Made by a program: the position numbers and the translations under genes | Assembly: GCA_014859785.1 (NCBI GenBank) | Contig: JACUTP010000001.1 | Location: 1-33,794, forward strand | Reading direction: 5' to 3' | Source of the DNA: Candidatus Methanoperedenaceae archaeon | GTDB taxonomy: Archaea; Halobacteriota; Methanosarcinia; Methanosarcinales; Methanoperedenaceae | DNA length: 33,794 bases | Notes under the pieces: generated by a model | The model's database searches: none | What the model was told of the DNA's origin: nothing | Seen by the model: the letters and a program-made list of their open reading frames with translations, nothing else | Shown: positions 15,406-24,372 of the stretch, in pieces | Position numbering within the stretch: position 1 is the stretch's first letter | Layout of the letters: each line of letters begins with the position of its first letter

Positions 15406-18228
15406 ATGAACATTTTCAGCCTGCTTAACCCGGCAATACAGGAGGCACTGGCAAAACAGGGTTTTACATCTCCCACCCAGCCGCAGGTAGAAACCATTCC
15501 TGCGCTGCTCGGGCGGAAAAACGTGCTGCTTATCGCGCCTACAGGTTCTGGGAAGACGGAATCTGCCGTACTTCCTGTGTTTAACAGCATACTTGCAAAG
15601 AGCGAAGTGGAAAGAAAGGGTATATCCGTTTTATATATTACTCCGCTTCGCGCCCTGAACAGGGATATGCTGTCACGACTTGAGTGGTGGGGGAATGAAC
15701 TTGGAATAAAAGTAGCAGTCAGGCACGGTGACACATCAGCATACGAGCGGCAGAAACAGTCCCTGAAACCGCCAGATTTCCTTGTAACCACTCCGGAAAC
15801 ATTGCAGATAATGCTTACTGGTAAGCGGCTTCGTAATAATCTCAGGACAGTAACCCACGTGGTTATTGATGAGGTCCATGAGCTTGCTTCGTCAAAAAGA
15901 GGGGCGCAGTTATCCATTGCACTTGAGAGGCTGGTTGAGGTATGCGGCGAGTTCCAGAGAATCGGTCTTTCCGCAACAGTTGGTAAGCCGCAAGAGGTTG
16001 CTAAATTCCTTGCAGGAACTGGCAGGTCAGCCCGCGTGATTGAAGTTTCCCTGATAAAACAGCTCGACTTTAATGTAATATGCCCCAGAGCCAATGATGA
16101 AGACAGGAGTTCCTCGAAAAAACTGGTATGTACGCCTGAAATGGCAGCGCACCTGAGGGCGATAAAGGATATTGTGGAAAAACACAAATCCACCTTGATT
16201 TTCGTAAATACAAGGGAAGCCGCAGAGATGCTCGGTTCACGTTTCAGGATGATGGGCGTTTCCATAGGCGTGCACCACGGCTCACTTTCAAAGGATGCCA
16301 GGATTGATGCCGAGAACAGTTTTAAGAACGGGCTGATTCCTGGATTGATATGTACTTCGTCAATGGAACTGGGTATTGATATGGGGGATATTGACCATGT
16401 TATCCAGTACATGTCTCCAAGGCAGGTTTCAAGGCTTGTCCAGAGGGTGGGGCGGGCAGGGCACGGGATAGGGCGGCTGTCAAACGGCACTATTATTACA
16501 ATGGGTGCGGACGATGCGGCTGAGTCCTCGGCAATTACGAGGAAGGCTGCGGCTGGTGAGATTGAGAACATCGAGTTACACGAGAACAGCTCGGATACGC
16601 TTGCAAACCAGGTATGCGGTATGGTACTGGATTTCGGGGAACTGCCTCTTGAAAAAGTGTATTCAATTGTGAAGCGAGCCTACCCTTTCAGGCATCTTAA
16701 AATGGAGATGCTAAAAGCCGTGATACAACAGCTTGCTGACAGCAGGATTGTCTGGTATGAAAATGATACTGTCGGGAGAAAGAGGAATTGCCTGCATTAT
16801 TTTTACGAGAACCTTTCTATGATTCCTGATGAGAAACGGTTTGAGATATTCGATATTGTCTCGGGCAGGACGGTTGGTGCGCTTGATGAGGTATTCGTGG
16901 TTGATTTTGCAAGACCCGGCGCGGTTTTTATCGCAAAAGGCGAGATGTGGGGCATTATCGAGGTCATCAATGAGAAAAGCAGGATAAAAGTTGAGCCTAT
17001 AAGCGACCCCGGGGGTGAAATTCCCAACTGGACAGGTGAGGAGATACCTGTGCCGTATGAGGTTGTGCAGGAAGTCGGGAAGATAAGGAAGAAACTTGCG
17101 GATGATATAAAGTCCGGCAGGGATGAAGATGGGATTTACAAGGATTACAGGAATGATTATCCTGTGGATAAGGAGGCTCTGGGTGCCATCAGTGCCCTTG
17201 TCAGGAAACAGCTTACAAAAGGCTTGCTTGTGCCGTGTAATGACACTGTTGTTATCGAGCAGGATGGGACGACTATTGTAATCAACATCTGCGGCGGACA
17301 CAGGGTGAACGAGACACTTGGGCGCGTGCTGAGTTCACTTCTTGCGGCAAGGTTCGGAGCCAGCGTAGCTATGGAGATTGACCCGTACAGGATAAAACTT
17401 GAGCTTCCGCGGATGTTCAGTGCAGGGCATATCAGGGAATTGCTTCTTAATACAAGCCCCGGGCATATCGAGCCGATAATCGAAATGACCCTGAAAAATA
17501 CCATGCTCCTGAAATGGAAGATGGTTCACGTGGCGCGCAAATTCGGGGCGCTGAAAAAGGACATGGATTATGAGCGTATCAGCATGAGGAAACTGCTTGA
17601 CGTGTTTGAGCATACGCCCATGTATGACGAGGCTGTGCGTGAAATTTTCCACGACAAGCTGGATATTGCAAGGACGAGGGAGCTGCTTGGCAGGATGCAC
17701 AGCTGTGAGATGAAAGTGGAGGTTCAAAAATTAAGCCCGATTGGTGAAGCCGGGTTCCAGGGCGGCAGGGAATTGATGGCGCCTGAAAGGGCTGACAGTT
17801 CGATTATAGCTGCGCTTAAGAACAGGATTATGGAGGATAGGGTGATTCTTTTTTGCGTTAATTGCAGGAAGTGGCACTCAAACCGGGTGGTTAAGAACGT
17901 GCCTGATGTACCTGAGTGCCCGCTGTGTGAGAGCCGGATGATTGCAGCACTTAAGCCCTGGGAGGAAGAGGAGATGAAGGTTGTTAGGAAGCCTGATAGC
18001 GTGAAGACAGGAGAGGAGCGGAAAAGAACAGCACGGGTGTACAGGAATGCGGCTCTTGTGCTTTCGCATAGTAAGACAGCTGCGATTGCGCTGGCGTCAA
18101 GGGGTATCGGTCCTGAGACTGCTTCGCGTGTGATTCGGAAGCTTCGGGAGGATGAGGAGGAGTTTTACAGGGATATTCTAATTGCGGAGAGGAATTATGC
18201 GAAGACGAAACGGTTCTGGGATGGGTAG
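15406..18228 (+). CDS. lhr: Lhr-family ATP-dependent DEAD/DEAH-box helicase
   Basis: 940 aa. SF2 motifs 'APTGSGKTE', 'VIDEVHE', 'LSATVG' and 'VQRVGRAGHG'. Long Lhr-type C-terminal extension with a CxxC...CxxC element ('CVNCRK...CPLCES'). Confidence 0.9.
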   Translation: MNIFSLLNPAIQEALAKQGFTSPTQPQVETIPALLGRKNVLLIAPTGSGKTESAVLPVFNSILAKSEVERKGISVLYITPLRALNRDMLSRLEWWGNELGIKVAVRHGDTSAYERQKQSLKPPDFLVTTPETLQIMLTGKRLRNNLRTVTHVVIDEVHELASSKRGAQLSIALERLVEVCGEFQRIGLSATVGKPQEVAKFLAGTGRSARVIEVSLIKQLDFNVICPRANDEDRSSSKKLVCTPEMAAHLRAIKDIVEKHKSTLIFVNTREAAEMLGSRFRMMGVSIGVHHGSLSKDARIDAENSFKNGLIPGLICTSSMELGIDMGDIDHVIQYMSPRQVSRLVQRVGRAGHGIGRLSNGTIITMGADDAAESSAITRKAAAGEIENIELHENSSDTLANQVCGMVLDFGELPLEKVYSIVKRAYPFRHLKMEMLKAVIQQLADSRIVWYENDTVGRKRNCLHYFYENLSMIPDEKRFEIFDIVSGRTVGALDEVFVVDFARPGAVFIAKGEMWGIIEVINEKSRIKVEPISDPGGEIPNWTGEEIPVPYEVVQEVGKIRKKLADDIKSGRDEDGIYKDYRNDYPVDKEALGAISALVRKQLTKGLLVPCNDTVVIEQDGTTIVINICGGHRVNETLGRVLSSLLAARFGASVAMEIDPYRIKLELPRMFSAGHIRELLLNTSPGHIEPIIEMTLKNTMLLKWKMVHVARKFGALKKDMDYERISMRKLLDVFEHTPMYDEAVREIFHDKLDIARTRELLGRMHSCEMKVEVQKLSPIGEAGFQGGRELMAPERADSSIIAALKNRIMEDRVILFCVNCRKWHSNRVVKNVPDVPECPLCESRMIAALKPWEEEEMKVVRKPDSVKTGEERKRTARVYRNAALVLSHSKTAAIALASRGIGPETASRVIRKLREDEEEFYRDILIAERNYAKTKRFWDG

Positions 18229-18379
18229 CATGCTATGGCGTCAACAAACCGTTGTATCAGTGATATGAAAGTCCAACCCCCATCTTGACAATGTTTTCCA
18301 ACATGCCCAACGTCAGAGCTCACCATGCACGATAAAAAACTATATTATGTATTAATTGTAAAAGTTATTCAGGGTAACT

Positions 18380-18787
18380 ATGGAATATACAAATATACAG
18401 GTTTCGGCAGATTCGGATGCAGGGGAAATAGCACCTATTGCAATGGCAGTACATGAATTATTAGGACTTCCTGTTACAATGCGAAGTCTTAACAAGAATG
18501 GGGTGCGGATTGAAAAAGGAAAGATACTTGATTCCGATTATACCGGACCCATACTTGAGCGTGTTTTAAAGGAAAATAAAACGCTGCGCATAATCCCGAC
18601 CAGCGGCAAATACACCGGAATACCTGTGATTGTAACCCCGCTAAGAAACAAGCATGGATACGGTATTGCTGCCATTGGTGTGGTGGATGTTGTGGGGACG
18701 GTTGACCTTGGGCATGTGTTCAGTGATTATCCTGATGTTGTACAATCGGTGCAGGAATGTGTGAGGTCACGGATTGCGGCTCCCTGA
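18380..18787 (+). CDS. Conserved archaeal hypothetical protein (possibly DUF2111-like; family name from memory only)
   Basis: 135-aa ORF with normal composition ('GKYTGIPVIVTPLRNKHGYGIAAIGVVDVVG'). No catalytic motif recognised. Confidence 0.55.
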   Translation: MEYTNIQVSADSDAGEIAPIAMAVHELLGLPVTMRSLNKNGVRIEKGKILDSDYTGPILERVLKENKTLRIIPTSGKYTGIPVIVTPLRNKHGYGIAAIGVVDVVGTVDLGHVFSDYPDVVQSVQECVRSRIAAP

Positions 18788-18913
18788 GATATATTATATG
18801 ACTTATTAATGAGACATAAAAACTCACAAAATACAAACCTGGGCTGAATTAGAAACGCTTATATAATATCCTGCCAGATACATTTTCAGTACATGTGACA
18901 TTTCATGTAATAA

Positions 18914-19369
18914 ATGGAGGATGGTTTGAACCTGACATCAAAAACCCTGATATACACACCTGATTGGGTGGTTTCTTTTGAAAAGGAGATGGCAGAAGAT
19001 ATAATACTTGGCAATAATGCCGGCAGGTCAATGCGCAGGTACAGGAGACGGTACGGTTTATCACAGGATACTCTTGGCAGCTTAATGAATTTACGGCGTG
19101 AATCCATTTCCCGTATAGAGAATGGTAATGTGACACCCACGTTTGATTTTGTGAAAAGTTTCATTAAAACCATGGCTTTGATAGAAACAATCAGGGTTGA
19201 AAGGGCAAAGAGTGGAGAGATGGATTTCTATTTTCTTGAAAATGTCGCAAAGGAACTCGGGGTTCCCCTCGAAAAAATGCCGTTTATAATGAAACTGGCA
19301 GTGAACAGTTATGATAAAAAACTTATGAAAATCCAGAAATCTTTGAAGGAGATAAAATATGGAAAATAA
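18914..19369 (+). CDS. XRE-family helix-turn-helix transcriptional regulator
   Basis: 151 aa. 'MRRYRRRYGLSQDTLGSLMNLRRESISRIENGNVTPT' is a classic HTH_3 (Cro/C1) motif. The 3' end overlaps the ppsA start by 11 nt. Confidence 0.75.
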   Translation: MEDGLNLTSKTLIYTPDWVVSFEKEMAEDIILGNNAGRSMRRYRRRYGLSQDTLGSLMNLRRESISRIENGNVTPTFDFVKSFIKTMALIETIRVERAKSGEMDFYFLENVAKELGVPLEKMPFIMKLAVNSYDKKLMKIQKSLKEIKYGK

Positions 19370-21647
19370 TTCGGTTGTATGGCTTGAAGAGGTAGGGAAG
19401 GAGGATATTGGAATAGTCGGAGGGAAGGGCGCCAGTCTGGGGGAAATGATACAGGCTGAACTCCCGGTACCTCCAGGATATGCAGTTACAGCACAGGCAT
19501 ACAGGCGATTCCTTGATGAAAACGGTTTTGCAGATAAGCTTTTCAGGACACTTGATATTGATGTAAATGATGCTGATGCCCTGAACGGAGCTGAGAAAAA
19601 AGCTAAAAAAATAATACTGGATGGTAAAATACCTCCTGACATTGAACAGGGCATCAGGTCAAAATACGCAGAACTCTGTAAAAAAGAAGGGCATGAGGTT
19701 AATGTGGCTATTCGTTCAAGTGCCACAGCCGAGGATTTGCCTGATGCGAGTTTTGCAGGACAGCAGGACACGTTCCTTAATGTCAAAGGGGAGGATGATG
19801 TAATTGATGCTGTAAAGAAGTGCTGGGCGTCACTTTACGGTGCAAGGGCTATATATTACCGTGTAAACCAGGGGTTTGACCACAGAAAGGTTGACCTGTG
19901 TGCTGTTGTCCAGATGATGGTTGATGCCGAAAAAGCAGGAGTAATGTTCTCATCCCACCCGTCAACTGGAGATGGTGTTACAATTATTGAGGGGGCGTGG
20001 GGACTTGGCGAGGCTGTTGTTTCCGGGGTCGTATCCCCGGATTATTATGTAATAGATAAGGGAACAAAGAAGATTAAAGAGCGCAGAATTGCGATTAAAA
20101 ACGTCATGCATACAAAGGATCCGAAAACCGGTAAAACTGTTAATCTCCCTGTACCTAATGATATGAAAAATGCAACCGTGCTTGAAGATGATGAGATGTT
20201 AAGACTTGTGGATTTTGCTGAAATCCTTGAGGAACTCTATGGCATTCCCCAGGATATCGAATGGGCAATAATGAAAGGAGAGGTTTACATACTCCAGTCA
20301 CGACCCATAACCACTATCAAGAAAAAAACAGAATTAATAGAAAACAACCTTACTTCTTCATCGTCTTTACTCCTGCAGGGACTTGGTGCTTCACCAGGGT
20401 CAGTATCAGGGAAGGCGAAGATAGTTTCTGACGCAACTGAACTTGGTAAGGTCAAGAACGGGGATATACTCGTAGCGGTTATGACAACACCTGATATGGT
20501 TCCTGCCATGAAACGTGCTGCAGCAATCGTAACAGATGAAGGCGGTATGACTTGCCACGCTGCTATCGTATCCCGTGAACTTGGATGTGCTGCGGTTGTC
20601 GGGACAAAACAGGCAACTTCGGTATTATCAGACGGTATGATGATAAGCGTGGATGGGGAAAAGGGACTTGTATATGAAGGTAAGCTTGATGTTGTGGAAA
20701 AAAAGGCAATAAAGGCAGAGATGCCGGTTTCATTTGCCAGACCCATGCAGATTACAGCTACTGAAGTGAAAGTTAATGTTTCCGTGCCTGAAGCAACAGC
20801 CAGGGCAGTACAAACCCGGGCTGACGGTGTGGGTCTTTTGCGGATTGAGCATATGATACTCGGACTTCCAAAGCACCCGAAGCAGTATATCAAAGAGGGT
20901 AAAAAGGATGAGTATGTAAGCGAGCTTGTTTCCCGCATCCAGACAGTGGTTGATGCCTTTTACCCGAAACCAGTATGGGTGAGGACACTTGATGCGCCCA
21001 CTGATGAGTTCAGGGCAATGGAAGGCGGTGAAAGCGAGCCAGTCGAGCCAAACCCGATGCTTGGATTCCGCGGTATCAGGCGTGACCTCATTGATACCGA
21101 GCATTTCGAGCTTGAGGTAATGGCATTTAAGGAGCTGATTAAGCGCGGGTATAATAATATCGGCATTATGGTGCCGCTTGTCCAGCATCCTTCAGAGCTT
21201 CGCCGTGCCAGGGAGTTCATGCGTGAAAAGGGGCTGGATATTGATAAGATTGACATAGGGATAATGGTTGAAATCCCTGCTGCGGCACTCATAATCGACC
21301 AGTTCATAGCCGAGGGGCTGGATTTTGTGAGTTTCGGGACAAACGACCTGACGCAGTACACACTTGCGGTGGACAGGAATAACGAGCATGTGTCGCATCT
21401 TTATAATGAGATGCATCCTGCTGTGATGAAGCTTATCGAGCATGTTATTGTGGAGTGCAATAAGGCTGGAGTGAAGACAAGCATATGCGGGCAGGCTGGC
21501 AGTTACCCGAAGGTGGTAAAGCGGCTTGTAGAGCTCGGGATTACGAGCATCTCTGCGAATATTGATGCTGTTGAGACTGTGAGGGAGATGGTGGCAAGGA
21601 CTGAATTGCAGTTGATGTTGAAGGCGGCGCGTGAGAGGAAGGATTGA
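19359..21647 (+). CDS. ppsA: Phosphoenolpyruvate synthase
   Basis: 762 aa. N-terminal 'VGGKGASLGEM', phosphohistidine swivel 'GGMTCHAAIVSRELG', and C-terminal PEP-utilising barrel 'FVSFGTNDLTQY'. Confidence 0.95.
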   Translation: MENNSVVWLEEVGKEDIGIVGGKGASLGEMIQAELPVPPGYAVTAQAYRRFLDENGFADKLFRTLDIDVNDADALNGAEKKAKKIILDGKIPPDIEQGIRSKYAELCKKEGHEVNVAIRSSATAEDLPDASFAGQQDTFLNVKGEDDVIDAVKKCWASLYGARAIYYRVNQGFDHRKVDLCAVVQMMVDAEKAGVMFSSHPSTGDGVTIIEGAWGLGEAVVSGVVSPDYYVIDKGTKKIKERRIAIKNVMHTKDPKTGKTVNLPVPNDMKNATVLEDDEMLRLVDFAEILEELYGIPQDIEWAIMKGEVYILQSRPITTIKKKTELIENNLTSSSSLLLQGLGASPGSVSGKAKIVSDATELGKVKNGDILVAVMTTPDMVPAMKRAAAIVTDEGGMTCHAAIVSRELGCAAVVGTKQATSVLSDGMMISVDGEKGLVYEGKLDVVEKKAIKAEMPVSFARPMQITATEVKVNVSVPEATARAVQTRADGVGLLRIEHMILGLPKHPKQYIKEGKKDEYVSELVSRIQTVVDAFYPKPVWVRTLDAPTDEFRAMEGGESEPVEPNPMLGFRGIRRDLIDTEHFELEVMAFKELIKRGYNNIGIMVPLVQHPSELRRAREFMREKGLDIDKIDIGIMVEIPAAALIIDQFIAEGLDFVSFGTNDLTQYTLAVDRNNEHVSHLYNEMHPAVMKLIEHVIVECNKAGVKTSICGQAGSYPKVVKRLVELGITSISANIDAVETVREMVARTELQLMLKAARERKD

Positions 21648-21696
21648 TTTTATATGATATTTAATAGCATTACTTATGATTTTTTGATTACCTATT

Positions 21697-21726
21697 AATC
21701 ATTTGATTCATGGTCAGTTTCCTATT
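21697..21726 (+). repeat. 30-nt element AATCATTTGATTCATGGTCAGTTTCCTATT, copy 1
   Basis: Identical at all 30 positions to 30034-30063 on the same strand. Confidence 0.9.
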
Positions 21727-21790
21727 TGTTAAAAAGTCTCCAGGAACCCTACCAAAATTAATATCACCTCCCCCCAATCAGTACCTTAGA

Positions 21791-24241
21791 ATGCTCCACG
21801 TCATCATCCACCCCCATAAATCAAATCTCATCATCCTTCCCATAAAAGACAATGCAAAAGAGCCAGTTTTTTACGGAATCCTTACATTGAAGGAAACACC
21901 ACTGGGTGCACGTCCAGCAAGGTTTCGTATCAGGCGGGGGGATAAGGAGGAACTGCGGGCACCCAATGAACTGATAGAACTCCTTCGGCTTGCCGATAAG
22001 ATTCTTTTTGCTGAAGGAAATGAGAAATCAGAAGAAGGGTTCAAGCAAATTCTTGAGGCTTACCAGCTTGATTACGGTTACACAAACCCGTGCCGCATCT
22101 GCCTTGTTGAGGGGAAATTCACACCAATTGATAAGAATTCCATCAGTTACCACAATGAAAAAATATGCATTGTGTGTGCAAAAAGCGAACTGGAAAAAGA
22201 GGCAAGATTCCATAAGCTCGGAGCCATGGGACTTGACCGGCTTTACAGGATATTGCTCAAAACAAAAGACCTTGACAGGGTTATCGGGATGCTGACCCCT
22301 GAAAACATTGATGCCGGGCTTACAAGGTTTGATACTCTAAATGCAAGCAAAGTTGATAAGAAAATCATGGTAAAAGACCTGCCTGTTCATGATAAGTTAA
22401 AAGACATACTTCTTGGCGGGCTTGAGGAACTGCTGCCTGTCCAGGCGCTTTCTGTGGAAGCCGGACTGATTGACGGTAAAAACCAGTTAATCGTCTCGGC
22501 AACTGCAACCGGAAAGACGCTTATCGGGGAACTTGCAGGCATTAATAACATATTAAACGGCAGGGGGAAAATGCTGTTCCTCGTCCCGCTTGTCGCACTT
22601 GCAAACCAGAAGTATGAGCAGTTCACGAAACGGTATTCATCCATCGCAGCAACGTCTTTGAGGGTCGGCACAAGCAGGGTGGGATATAAAACAAAAGGAA
22701 TCATGACCGCTCTTTCCTCAGGGATTATAGTTGGAACATACGAGGGAATTGATTTTATCATAAGGTCCGGGAAGGGAGGGCAGCTCGGCAATATCGGGAC
22801 CGTGGTGATTGATGAGGTGCACATGCTGGAAGACGATGAACGGGGGCACAGGCTTGACGGGCTTATTGCGCGCCTTAAATCCACATCACCAGACGCACAG
22901 TTCATATACCTGTCAGCAACTGTCGGGAAACCCGAATGGCTTGCTGAAAAGCTTGGCGCGGGACTGATAGTTTTCGAGGAGCGCCCTGTTCCGATAGACA
23001 GGCATCTTGTTTTCACCCCTGAATTCACAAAACGGCGCCTGATTGAGAAACTGGCGCGAAAAGAATATGAAACAACCAGTAAAAAGGGGTTCAGAGGGCA
23101 GACCATAGTTTTTACCAACTCGCGCCGCAACTGCCATACGATTGCTGAGGGGCTGGGAATCAGGGCAATGCCGTACCATGCAGGACTGTCGTATAACGAG
23201 CGCAAGAATGTCGAAACGCGCTTTGGCAACGGTGAGCTTCCTGTTGTGGTCACGACAGCAGCACTTGCAGCAGGTGTGGATTTTCCTGCCTCGCAGGTGA
23301 TATTCGAATCCCTGGCTATGGGGATTGAGTGGCTGACCGTGAGGGAATTCCAGCAGATGCTCGGGCGGGCGGGACGTCCTGATTACCATGACAGGGGAAT
23401 CGTGTACCTGCTGGCTGAGCCTGATAAGAGGTTCGGGAAAGGTGAGTCAGAGGACGAGATTGCATTTCGGCTTTTGAGGGGTGAGTTTGAGCATTTCGGG
23501 GTGGATTATGATGAAGATAAACAACTTGAGGAGACACTGTCCAATATCGTTGTTGCAAGGACGCTTCCTGATATTCGGAAATTAAACAAACTGCTTCTTG
23601 GTGCTGGTGATATTGGTTACCTGCTGGATAAACTTGTGGAGAACGGGTTTATTGAAAAAACAGGCACAGGATACACGCCTTCGGAACTCGGATGGATTGC
23701 AGCATCGCATTTTTTGAGTGTTGGGCAGATGTTCCTTATTAAGAAAGCGGTGCTTAAAAACCGCCCGCCGCTTGATATCGTGACAGAACTTGAAACGCTG
23801 GATTCTGTGTATTTCAGCCATGCGGCACGGCTCGGCGAGGCGCTTGGTACTGACATTCCGACACGGGTTTTCGGGGCAGGGCTTGATATTGTGTTCTCGG
23901 CTGAAGGGTTGTCAAGGCTGCCCGGGAACCTGCAAAAGATTGCGCTCGGGTTTGCTACTGAGTTTCTTGCATGTAACTGCAAGGATGCGCCGTATTGCGG
24001 GTGCCCTGAGAGGAAGTTCTCGGAAAGGGTGGTAGGGATGTGCGCTGAGGGTCTGTCTGTTGAGGGAATTGCAGGTGAGCTTACGAAAAGTTACGGGGTG
24101 TATGCGTATGGCGGGGATTTGCTGAATTACCTTGACGGGGCAGCAAGGGCTCTTGAGGCTGTGGAGTTGATTGCTGGTGTTTTCGGGAAGGAAGAGTTGC
24201 GGGAGAGGGCGCGGGAGTTGAGAAGGAGGATGGAGGGGTGA
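21791..24241 (+). CDS. Ski2-like SF2 helicase with N-terminal zinc-finger region and C-terminal Cys cluster (ASH-Ski2/DUF5814-like)
   Basis: SF2 motifs 'ATATGKTLIG', 'VIDEVHMLED', 'LSATVG' and 'QMLGRAGRPDYH'. N-terminal 'CRICL...CIVCA' and C-terminal 'CNCKDAPYCGCPERK'. The open frame reaches back to the ATG at 21710 inside the 30-nt repeat. I prefer M28 (21791), which lies ~30 nt after an AT-rich TATA-like stretch. Confidence 0.8.
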   Translation: MLHVIIHPHKSNLIILPIKDNAKEPVFYGILTLKETPLGARPARFRIRRGDKEELRAPNELIELLRLADKILFAEGNEKSEEGFKQILEAYQLDYGYTNPCRICLVEGKFTPIDKNSISYHNEKICIVCAKSELEKEARFHKLGAMGLDRLYRILLKTKDLDRVIGMLTPENIDAGLTRFDTLNASKVDKKIMVKDLPVHDKLKDILLGGLEELLPVQALSVEAGLIDGKNQLIVSATATGKTLIGELAGINNILNGRGKMLFLVPLVALANQKYEQFTKRYSSIAATSLRVGTSRVGYKTKGIMTALSSGIIVGTYEGIDFIIRSGKGGQLGNIGTVVIDEVHMLEDDERGHRLDGLIARLKSTSPDAQFIYLSATVGKPEWLAEKLGAGLIVFEERPVPIDRHLVFTPEFTKRRLIEKLARKEYETTSKKGFRGQTIVFTNSRRNCHTIAEGLGIRAMPYHAGLSYNERKNVETRFGNGELPVVVTTAALAAGVDFPASQVIFESLAMGIEWLTVREFQQMLGRAGRPDYHDRGIVYLLAEPDKRFGKGESEDEIAFRLLRGEFEHFGVDYDEDKQLEETLSNIVVARTLPDIRKLNKLLLGAGDIGYLLDKLVENGFIEKTGTGYTPSELGWIAASHFLSVGQMFLIKKAVLKNRPPLDIVTELETLDSVYFSHAARLGEALGTDIPTRVFGAGLDIVFSAEGLSRLPGNLQKIALGFATEFLACNCKDAPYCGCPERKFSERVVGMCAEGLSVEGIAGELTKSYGVYAYGGDLLNYLDGAARALEAVELIAGVFGKEELRERARELRRRMEG

Positions 24242-24372
24242 GTTAAATAAGAAACAATGGTGACAGAACTACACGCACCCTTTTTGATACATGACCAGAA
24301 CTCCAGGAGTCTTTACTTTTTCCGGGAAATTCTCTTATACCTTTGCAGTATAATATAATGCTGTGGGAATGT

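Noticed and set aside
15375-16571. 398-codon ORF antisense to the 5' half of lhr
   Set aside because: It is entirely embedded in a helicase gene with all SF2 motifs intact. The product is Ser/Pro/Ala/Ile-rich with low-complexity character typical of antisense frames. No start context or family motif.
19091-23253. Other long antisense ORFs: 19091..19786 and 20285..20938 opposite ppsA, and 22387..23253 opposite the Ski2-like helicase
   Set aside because: They lie opposite confidently identified genes and have Ser/Pro-rich compositions with no recognisable domains. They are most simply explained by codon-bias suppression of stops on the antisense strand.
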